The notes under the pieces: model-generated
Told to the model about the DNA's origin: nothing
The model's database searches: none
Seen by the model: only the letters and a program-made list of their open reading frames with translations
Assembly (NCBI GenBank): GCA_033762915.1
Contig: JANRLD010000067.1
Span: 1-16,928 of the forward strand
Direction: 5' to 3'
DNA: 16,928 nt
Source of the DNA: Meiothermus sp.
Lineage (GTDB): Bacteria; Deinococcota; Deinococci; Deinococcales; Thermaceae
Part shown: one piece after another, positions 7,889 to 14,822 of the stretch
How the letters are laid out: each line of letters starts with the position of its first letter
How positions within the stretch are numbered: the stretch's first letter is position 1
Made by a program: the position numbers and the translations under genes

Positions 7889-9259
7889 ATGATTGACCTA
7901 GTCATCTTCGGAGCCACCGGCGACCTCGCCGCGCGGAAGCTGTACCCGGCGCTCTACGAGCTCGAGGCCGCCAAGCACCTGCCCCCGACCCTGCGCATCC
8001 TGGGGGTGGGGCGCAAACCCTGGAGCAAGGAGGAGTTCTGCAAGCACCTGCGGGAGAGCCTCGAGGAGTTCCAGCAGCCCCTCGACCCCGCCATCGCCGA
8101 CAAGATGTTGGGGAGGGCCACCTACCTCTCGATGGACTACACCCCCGAGGGCTTCCAGAAGCTGGCCGAGATCAGCAGCGAGAACAGCATCTTTTACCTC
8201 TCGCTGCCGCCCGACGCCTTCCCGGTGGTAGCCACGGGGCTGGGCAAGGTGGGGCTGAACTACGCCGAGAAGCGCACCCGCCGCCTGGTGATCGAGAAGC
8301 CCTTCGGGCATGACCTGCAAAGCGCACTGGACCTGCAGAAGACCATCACCGAGTTCTGGGACGAGTCGCAGATCCTGCGCATCGACCACTTCCTGGGCAA
8401 GGAGACCGTACAAAACATCCTGGTCTTCCGCTTCGCCAACTCCTGGCTCGAGCCCCTCTGGAACGCGCGGCACATCGCCCAGGTGCAGATCACCGCCGCC
8501 GAGAGCATCGGCATCGAGGGCCGGGGGGCCTTCTACGACAAGGTGGGGGCGGTGCGCGACATGGTGCAAAACCACATGATGCAGCTCCTGACCCTCACCG
8601 CCATGGAGCCGCCGCCCCAGCTCGAGGCCGACCTGCTGCGCAACGAGAAGGTCAAGGTGCTGCGCTCGATCCGACCGCTCTCGCCGGAGGACGTGGTCTA
8701 CGGGCAGTACCAGGGCTACTTGAAAGAGGCCGAGGTCGAGCGCAGCGGCACCGAGACCTTCGCCGCCGTTCGGATGTACCTGGACAACTGGCGCTGGAAG
8801 GGGGTGCCCTTCTACCTGCGCACCGGCAAGGGCCTGGCCAAGAAGAACACCACCATCGCACTCCAGTTCCGCGAGCCCCCGGCCCAGCTCTTCGCCGACA
8901 CCTCGATCGACCCCGGCTCGGGCTGGGTGATCCTGGAGCTCTCGCCCAACGAAAGCATGCACCTCGAGGTGCACGTCAAGACCCCCGGCCTCCAGTTCGC
9001 CAGCCGGCCGGTGATGCTCACCACCCCCTACTCCAACGGCAACGACCGCCAGCTCTCGGCCTACGCCACCCTGATGTTTGACGCGCTGCGCGGCGACAAG
9101 AGCAACTTCATCCGCTTCGACGAGGTGGAGTGGGCCTGGAACCTGATCCAGCCGGTGCTGGGCGAGGGGCACAACACCGAGCTGTACTCGGTTGGCTCCG
9201 ACGGCCCGGCCGGTCAGCACTACCTGATGGAAGACCACCACCGCTGGCGGAGTCTGTAG
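7889..9259 (+). CDS. zwf: Glucose-6-phosphate 1-dehydrogenase
   Basis: GATGDLA, IEKPFG, RIDHFLGKE, DMVQNH and RWKGVPFYLRTGK motifs; GGAG ribosome-binding site upstream. Confidence 0.97.
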   Translation: MIDLVIFGATGDLAARKLYPALYELEAAKHLPPTLRILGVGRKPWSKEEFCKHLRESLEEFQQPLDPAIADKMLGRATYLSMDYTPEGFQKLAEISSENSIFYLSLPPDAFPVVATGLGKVGLNYAEKRTRRLVIEKPFGHDLQSALDLQKTITEFWDESQILRIDHFLGKETVQNILVFRFANSWLEPLWNARHIAQVQITAAESIGIEGRGAFYDKVGAVRDMVQNHMMQLLTLTAMEPPPQLEADLLRNEKVKVLRSIRPLSPEDVVYGQYQGYLKEAEVERSGTETFAAVRMYLDNWRWKGVPFYLRTGKGLAKKNTTIALQFREPPAQLFADTSIDPGSGWVILELSPNESMHLEVHVKTPGLQFASRPVMLTTPYSNGNDRQLSAYATLMFDALRGDKSNFIRFDEVEWAWNLIQPVLGEGHNTELYSVGSDGPAGQHYLMEDHHRWRSL

Positions 9260-9271
9260 ACGGTGGTTTTC

Positions 9272-9676
9272 ATGGAGATTACGCTTGCAGGCGGCAGGAA
9301 AGTTCGGCTCTCTTCCCTACTTCAGTACCACACTTACGAAGGGTGGCTCGAGGGGTTTCCGACGGCAGAAATCAACGCCCGAAAAGTTCAAGGTTTGGTT
9401 GATCAGTACACCAAGGAGGATGAACATGCTCCGCTGATCGTTCCTTACACTGAAACTCCAATTCAATACGAGGGTAAATATCCATTCGGCACACCACAAA
9501 CACTTCCCTCAATCACTTGCATGGGGCTGTTCACTGACACATCCGGCGGTGAATACTACTCAGGCTTAAGGATAGTATGGTTTCAAAACGAGTTCGCTCT
9601 ACCGATTGAATCGCGGATTGTCGAGTACATAAGAGATGTTGACTGGAACCGAGTAGCGAGGTTTGGTGCAATATAA
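9272..9676 (+). CDS. Hypothetical protein (about 134 aa), low GC (alternative GTG start at 9263)
   Basis: Uninterrupted ORF filling the zwf-pgl gap in operon orientation. It has A/T-rich third codon positions and a protein-like composition. Confidence 0.7.
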   Translation: MEITLAGGRKVRLSSLLQYHTYEGWLEGFPTAEINARKVQGLVDQYTKEDEHAPLIVPYTETPIQYEGKYPFGTPQTLPSITCMGLFTDTSGGEYYSGLRIVWFQNEFALPIESRIVEYIRDVDWNRVARFGAI

Positions 9677-9697
9677 CGACTCTAGGTAAAGGCTTGC

Positions 9698-10354
9698 ATG
9701 AACTACCAAATCCACCGCTTCCCCGACGCCCAGGCCGCCTCCGAGGCCCTGGCCCAGCTCCTCTCCGAGCGCCTTTCGGCGGGCGGGCGGGCCGTGCTGG
9801 CCGGCGGGGGCAGCGCCCTCAAGGCCTACGCCCTCTTCGGCAGGGCCGACATCCTCTGGAGCCGCGTCCAGTTCATCGTCTCCGACGAGCGCTGCGTGGC
9901 CCCCGACCACCCCGACCGCAACGAGCGGGCCATCCGGGAGGCCATCGGGCGTTCCAAGGTCACCTTCCACGCCTTCCCCGCCGAGATGGGCGCGGCCGCG
10001 GCTGCCGAGGGGATGGAGGCCACCATGCAGGGCCTGATCCCCTTCGACGTGGTGGTGCTGGGCCTGGGCGAGGACGCCCACACCGCCAGCCTGTTCCCCG
10101 GCCGCGACCTGGGCTTCCAGACCCTGGTGGCCCCGGTCCTCGACTCGCCCAAGCCGCCGCCCGAGCGGGTCACCCTCACCCCGAAGGCCCTCTCGAGCAC
10201 CCAGCTGGTGGTCTACATGGTGACCGGCGAGGGCAAGCGGGAGGCGCTGCAGCGGGTGCTGAGCGGCGAGGACGTGCCCCCCAACCACATCACCGCGCCG
10301 GAGGTTTTGATATTTTGTGACGCGGCGGCACTGCCGGAGGGCGTTGAAGGCTGA
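9698..10354 (+). CDS. pgl: 6-phosphogluconolactonase
   Basis: LAGGGS, SDERCV, FDVVVLGLGEDAHTASLFP and PKPPPERVTLT motifs; sits in an operon with gnd and zwf. Confidence 0.93.
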   Translation: MNYQIHRFPDAQAASEALAQLLSERLSAGGRAVLAGGGSALKAYALFGRADILWSRVQFIVSDERCVAPDHPDRNERAIREAIGRSKVTFHAFPAEMGAAAAAEGMEATMQGLIPFDVVVLGLGEDAHTASLFPGRDLGFQTLVAPVLDSPKPPPERVTLTPKALSSTQLVVYMVTGEGKREALQRVLSGEDVPPNHITAPEVLIFCDAAALPEGVEG

Positions 10355-10390
10355 AGAGCCGAAGCCCAAGCCGTACCCGCCTACCCTGCT

Positions 10391-10425
10391 CTCCAGAAGC
10401 CTGCCGTTGCAGGCGGAGCCTTTTG
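10391..10425 (+). terminator. Possible terminator of the gnd-zwf-pgl operon
   Basis: GCCTGC-cgtt-GCAGGC hairpin extended by CTCC/GGAG, followed by CCTTTTG; the T-tail is weak. Confidence 0.4.
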
Positions 10426-10598
10426 CGACCAGGAATCCTTTGCACCGAAGTGGGACGCTCACAGCGCGGTGCACCCACGACCCGGACGCGGGGATTCCTC
10501 GAGTGAGGCCGCGGGGCTCACAGCACAAACTGTAGACCCCGATATGACCCCAGGTTCGGCGGAATCTTGCGAGTTTCCTCCCCCTCTCCCCTACCCCC

Positions 10599-11840
10599 AT
10601 GCAGACCCTCGAGGACTACGACTACCCCCTGCCCCAGGAGCTCATCGCCCAGAGCGGCGCGGAGCCCCGGGACTCGTCCCGGCTGATGGTGATCGACCGC
10701 GATACCGGCCGGATCGAGCACCGCGTCTTCCGCGACATCACCGACTACCTGCGTCCTGGCGACCTGCTGGTGCTCAACCAGAGCAAGGTGATCCCGGCTC
10801 GAGTCTTCGCCCAGAACCCACAGGGCACCAACATCGAGGTGCTGCTGGTTAAGGAAATCCCCCCTTCCCCCCTTGTTAAGGGGGGCAACCCCTCTCAAGT
10901 TGTTGTTCCCCTTGTTGAGGAGGGTGACCCCTCCCAAGTCGTTGCTCCCCTTGTTAAGGGGGAAGCCCCCTCCCAAATCTTTGCCCCCCTTAACAAGGGG
11001 GGTGACTCCTCTCAAGTTTTTGCCCCCCTTAACAAGGGGGGTGCCGAAGGCGGGGGGATTAACGGGCAACTCTGGGAGGCCATGCTTAAGCCGGCCAAGC
11101 GGGCCAAGGGGGTGCTGCGCTTCTCAGAGGAGCTCAGCGCCGAGGTGATGGGGACGCTGGAGGACGGTACACGGGTGCTGCGCTTCTCGGACAACCTCTG
11201 GAACCACCTCGAGGCACTGGGCCAGACCCCGCTGCCGCCCTACATCCACGCCTCGGTGGACCCCAGCCGCTACCAGACCGTCTACGCCAAGACCCCCGGC
11301 TCGGTGGCGGCCCCCACAGCCGGGCTGCACTTCACCCCGGAGCTGATGGAGCGAATTGGGGCCATGGGAGTAGAGATTCACTACGTCACCCTGCATGTCG
11401 GGCCGGGCACCTTCAAACCGGTAGGCGAGTCCATCGAGCGACACGTGATGCACGCCGAGACCTTCGAGGTCACCGAGGCCACCGCCCGGGCCATCAACCG
11501 GGCCAAGGCCGAGGGGCGGCGGGTGGTGGCAGTGGGAACCACGGTGGTGCGGACGCTCGAGTCGGCCTACTTGCCTCCTCGAAGTGCGCATCTCGAGATC
11601 CCCCACACCGCGACCGACACCGTCCAGGCCAGCAGCGGCGAGACCCAGATTTTTATCTACCCGCCCTACGAGTACAAGGTGGTGGACGCCCTTATCACCA
11701 ACTTCCACCTGCCCAAGTCCACCCTGCTGATGCTGGTCTCGGCCCTGATGGGCCACGATCTGATGATGCGGGCCTACCGCACGGCGGTGGAGCAGCAGTA
11801 CCGCTTCTATAGCCTCGGCGACGCGATGTTCATCCGCTGA
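10599..11840 (+). CDS. queA: S-adenosylmethionine:tRNA ribosyltransferase-isomerase carrying an in-frame repeat insertion
   Basis: YDYPLPQELIAQ, SRLMV, VIPAR, PLPPYI, YQTVYA, GSVAAPTAGLHF, LHVGPGTF, AVGTTVVRTLES, TNFHLPKSTL and YRFYSLGDAM motifs. Confidence 0.96.
   Translation: MQTLEDYDYPLPQELIAQSGAEPRDSSRLMVIDRDTGRIEHRVFRDITDYLRPGDLLVLNQSKVIPARVFAQNPQGTNIEVLLVKEIPPSPLVKGGNPSQVVVPLVEEGDPSQVVAPLVKGEAPSQIFAPLNKGGDSSQVFAPLNKGGAEGGGINGQLWEAMLKPAKRAKGVLRFSEELSAEVMGTLEDGTRVLRFSDNLWNHLEALGQTPLPPYIHASVDPSRYQTVYAKTPGSVAAPTAGLHFTPELMERIGAMGVEIHYVTLHVGPGTFKPVGESIERHVMHAETFEVTEATARAINRAKAEGRRVVAVGTTVVRTLESAYLPPRSAHLEIPHTATDTVQASSGETQIFIYPPYEYKVVDALITNFHLPKSTLLMLVSALMGHDLMMRAYRTAVEQQYRFYSLGDAMFIR
10856..11060. 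repeat. Intragenic palindromic repeat element: 9-bp terminal inverted repeats enclosing five 39-bp tandem units
   Basis: AATCCCCCC (10856-10864) / GGGGGGATT (11052-11060). Cores TTGTTAA 10873, TTGTTGA 10912, TTGTTAA 10951, TTAACAA 10990 and TTAACAA 11029 are exactly 39 nt apart, each flanked by C-rich and G-rich arms. Confidence 0.92.
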
Positions 11841-11915
11841 GGTGGCCCACCGGGCGCGGCCGAAAGACCGCAAATCCACAATTCCCCCGACCCCGCAACT
11901 CGAGGGGGGGCGCCC

Positions 11916-13019
11916 TTAACCCGCCCTGCCCTTGCCGGCCTTGGCCTGCTTCTTGCTCCCCGCCGCCCGCCCCTGGCGGCCCGCGACCCTCCCGTCGTCG
12001 AGCCCGAAGCCCAGCGAGCCGAAGACCCGCCCCGTAGTGGGCTCGATCAGGTTGCGGTGGTCGCGGTAGAGGCGGGGGGTCTTCCAGAGGTAGAACAGCG
12101 CCTTCCAGTGGGGCAGCTCGTTGTAGCGGTCGGGCCAGAGCCGCTTGATCTCGGCGGCTACCTGCGCACCGTACTTGGGCGAGAGCACCGGGAAGACGTG
12201 GTGCTCGATGTGGAAGCCGAAGCCCAGGGTCAGCCACTCGAGCCAGCCCGGGTTGCGCACGGTCAGGCTGTTCATCAGGGGGTCGTTGGTCTCGGTGATG
12301 GGGTTAAGCAAGTGGTTGGTGGCGATGAAGCTCATGGCCACGAAGTTGCCAATCATCCAGGGCAGTACGAAGACGAACACGAAGTTTAGGGGCCCCACCA
12401 GCAGCAGCACCCAGGCCCAGAAGAGGAAAGGCAGGGCGGCCTGGAAGGTCACGACGCGGCGCTCCTCGGGCTTGAACTCCGGCAGGAAGCGGCGGTACAT
12501 CATGTGGGCGTGCAGGCTGAACCAGAAGGTGAAGGAGAAGAACAGGAAGAAGCTGCGCAGGGCCGGGGCCTGCTTGAACATCCACTTAACGAAAGGCTTC
12601 TGGGCGGCACTCTCGAGGGCCCCCATCGCGTCGGGGTCGTCGGCAGGGTGTTGGGTCTGGCCGTGGTGTTCGACGTTGTGCCACTTGCGCCACAGCCGCG
12701 CCCCCACCAGGAGCGGGAGGAAGGCCGCCGTGCCCAGCAGCGAGCGGGCGATGGGGCTCTTCACCACCGCGCCGTGCAACACCTCGTGGGCCCAGAAGCC
12801 CAGACCCACGAAGCTGTAGCCGATGGGCAGGGCCAGCAGCAGCTTGAGCCAGACCCACGGCGCGGCCACCACCCCCCAAGCACAGGCCAGGAACAGCGCC
12901 ACGAAGATCGGGAAGTATACCAGGCGGGCCCTGACCGGCTCGAAGAAGTGGCGCGGCAGGCGGGCCTTGAGGGCTTTGGTGTACTCGCGCAGGTGCTGCT
13001 CCTCGGTCATTTGCGTCAT
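11916..13019 (-). CDS. Membrane fatty acid (acyl-lipid) desaturase, Bacillus Des-like
   Basis: Three His boxes (HEVLH, HNVEHH, HIEHH) separated by transmembrane segments. Confidence 0.88.
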   Translation of the reverse strand: MTQMTEEQHLREYTKALKARLPRHFFEPVRARLVYFPIFVALFLACAWGVVAAPWVWLKLLLALPIGYSFVGLGFWAHEVLHGAVVKSPIARSLLGTAAFLPLLVGARLWRKWHNVEHHGQTQHPADDPDAMGALESAAQKPFVKWMFKQAPALRSFFLFFSFTFWFSLHAHMMYRRFLPEFKPEERRVVTFQAALPFLFWAWVLLLVGPLNFVFVFVLPWMIGNFVAMSFIATNHLLNPITETNDPLMNSLTVRNPGWLEWLTLGFGFHIEHHVFPVLSPKYGAQVAAEIKRLWPDRYNELPHWKALFYLWKTPRLYRDHRNLIEPTTGRVFGSLGFGLDDGRVAGRQGRAAGSKKQAKAGKGRAG

Positions 13020-13146
13020 AAGGCCCCCCCTTTGGGAATAGGACGCAAGTATACCTGAGCTACCCTGAAAGAATTCTGAGCTTGGGGGGTGTCAGGCTCG
13101 GGCGGCGGCTTAAATAAAAAACCGCCCTTTTGGGGCTGATTGATTA

Positions 13147-13175
13147 ATGGTATCACCTTATGCGCTATACGTCAA
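13147..13175 (-). promoter_or_regulatory. Sigma-70-type promoter of the desaturase gene
   Basis: TTGACG (13175-13170), 17 nt, TACCAT (13152-13147), with an extended TGn. Implies a 5' UTR of about 120 nt. Confidence 0.65.
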
Positions 13176-13205
13176 TTGTATGCATAGAATCGGCTACGGG
13201 ACAGC

Positions 13206-13227
13206 AAAAACCCCCCTCGAGGGGGGG
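13206..13227 (-). terminator. Intrinsic terminator after csp
   Basis: On the minus strand CCCCCC-TCGA-GGGGGG followed by TTTTT, about 22 nt after the csp stop codon. Confidence 0.75.
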
Positions 13228-13248
13228 CAGTGCAGACAGATTTTGGGG

Positions 13249-13458
13249 TTAGCCGACCTTGGTGACGTTCTTGGCCTGGGGGCCCTTGCCGTTCTTGCCC
13301 GGCTCGGTCTCGAAGCTCACCACATCGCCCTCGTTGAGGGTCTTGTAACCCGCCGTCTGGATCGCGCTGAAGTGCACGAACACATCGGGGCCGCCATCCT
13401 GGGCGATGAAGCCGTAACCTTTTTCCGCGTTGAACCACTTAACCGTGCCTTTGTTCAT
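13249..13458 (-). CDS. cspA: Cold-shock protein (CspA family)
   Basis: [18 protein letters not shown] (RNP1), DVFVHFSAI (RNP2), [13 protein letters not shown] ribosome-binding site at 13470-13466. Confidence 0.95.
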   Translation of the reverse strand: MNKGTVKWFNAEKGYGFIAQDGGPDVFVHFSAIQTAGYKTLNEGDVVSFETEPGKNGKGPQAKNVTKVG

Positions 13459-13512
13459 GAGCCTACTCCTAGATGTCCGTCTGAAACCTGCTGGTTTTCG
13501 GGGGACAAGAAA

Positions 13513-13542
13513 AAATTAGCACGGCCCAAAAAGCAAAGTCAA
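13513..13542 (-). promoter_or_regulatory. Probable csp promoter
   Basis: TTGACT (13542-13537), 18 nt, TAATTT (13518-13513), with an extended TG. Confidence 0.5.
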
Positions 13543-13717
13543 ATTGTGGCCCCCTGCCGGGCCTGGTTAAGAGGTCTCATGGCGTTTCCACCCTTATCTC
13601 CCTCGCGGCGGCAGGTAATCCCTACAGCAAAAACCGCCGTACCGAGTGTTCGTGGCAACCACTCCAAGGGCACGTTTCGACGGCCCTGGGGCCGCAATTA
13701 GCTCGAGAACCGCCGTT

Positions 13718-14185
13718 TCACTCGAGCTCTACTGCCTCAGCCACGGTCTGGCTGTCCTCGGCGTAGGTGATCCTCATCCGCACCTTCTGGCCGCGCAGGG
13801 CCCGCGGCAGCCAGAGCCTGGAGTCGTCCCACATCCGGTCGTACGGGACCGCCCCCAGCTCGAACCACTCGGGCCGCAGCTCGTCGGACTCCTCCGGCTC
13901 GCCGTCCCAGTACTCGAGGCGAAACCCGTGAACCTGCCGGTGCCACTCCGGCCGGGCCGGGAAGGCGAACTCCAGGTAGACCATGTGCCAGAGGTTCTGC
14001 GGCTTGGCGTAGAGGCCGGTCTCCTCTCTCAGCTCGCGCACGGCAGCCTGGGCGACGGTCTCGCCGGGCTCGAGCTTCCCCCCGACCCCCACGAACCTCC
14101 CCGCCCCGAACCCCTGCTTCTTAAACCCCAAGAGCACCCGGTTGTTCGGGCGGTCGAGGGGGAAGACGAGGGTGTTGATCTTCAT
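13718..14185 (-). CDS. NUDIX hydrolase, 8-oxo-dGTP diphosphatase (MutT/MTH1-like)
   Basis: Nudix box GGKLEPGETVAQAAVRELREETGL, plus VLLGFKKQGFGAG and PYDRMWDD typical of MTH1-type enzymes. Confidence 0.88.
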   Translation of the reverse strand: MKINTLVFPLDRPNNRVLLGFKKQGFGAGRFVGVGGKLEPGETVAQAAVRELREETGLYAKPQNLWHMVYLEFAFPARPEWHRQVHGFRLEYWDGEPEESDELRPEWFELGAVPYDRMWDDSRLWLPRALRGQKVRMRITYAEDSQTVAEAVELE

Positions 14186-14300
14186 GGCAGCTCAGGAATC
14201 CGTGCGGTGAGGGGGATGTGGCGGAGTTCGGCGCGGCGTGGCGACACCGGGAAGCGTTTGGTGCGGGGTGGCTTTCGGGCAGTGCCCCTCACAGACCGCC

Positions 14301-14675
14301 TTACCCCTCCTTCCCCTTTCCCCTCTCCTCGCCCTTGGTTTTTCTGAGCATCGAGTGCAGCACTTTCATGGCCCCCAGCGCGTTGGGGAAGCCCACGAAC
14401 AGCGCCGACTGGATGATGGTCTCGCGGATTTCCCGCTCGGTCGCACCGTTGTTCAAGGCCCCCTGGATGTGGGTGGCGATCTCCTTCGGCGCGCCCAGGG
14501 CGGTCAGGCTGGTGATGGCCAGCAACTCGCGGGTCTTCAGGTCGAGGCCGGGACGCGCCAGCACCCCCTCGTAGGCGAAGTCGCGGATGTAGGCGTAGAG
14601 GTCGGGGTCAACCTCGCTCAGCGAGGCCTCGACGGCCCCCTGGTTGTCGCCCCAGATGGCTTTGCGGACGCTCAT
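14301..14675 (-). CDS. Carboxymuconolactone decarboxylase (CMD/PcaC-like) family protein
   Basis: FAYEGVLARPGLDLKTRELLAITSL, HIQGALNNGATEREIRE and VGFPNA; no CxxC. Start set at MSVRKAIWG (ATG 14675). Confidence 0.85.
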   Translation of the reverse strand: MSVRKAIWGDNQGAVEASLSEVDPDLYAYIRDFAYEGVLARPGLDLKTRELLAITSLTALGAPKEIATHIQGALNNGATEREIRETIIQSALFVGFPNALGAMKVLHSMLRKTKGEERGKGKEG

Positions 14676-14822
14676 GAGGGTAAGTCTCGAGGCTCGGGGG
14701 TCGGGAGTCAAGGGCCGGGAGGGGGCAAGGGCCGACAAGACACGGCCACACGCGGCGCAGGCAGTACAGCCGAGAGCCCGGCCTTGAGCCCGTTGCTCCC
14801 AGGCTTTCGCGCTCGCCGCGGC

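Noticed and set aside
7898..9241. 447-aa antisense ORF over zwf and similar long shadow ORFs (2860-3711, 3868-4722, 14238-15695, 9599-10600)
   Set aside because: Stop-poor antisense or alternative frames are expected with GC-rich codon bias. They have no recognisable motifs and overlap well-supported genes.
10446..10465. GAAGTGGGACGC similarity to the c-di-GMP-I riboswitch core
   Set aside because: The upstream GGCAAA element and the following CGCAAAGC plus second stem are missing.
10856..11060. CRISPR array or intein interpretation of the queA insert
   Set aside because: The linkers between palindromes are homologous to each other rather than unique spacers, and no cas genes are present. 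The peptide lacks the intein N-terminal Cys/Ser and C-terminal His-Asn motifs and is too short.
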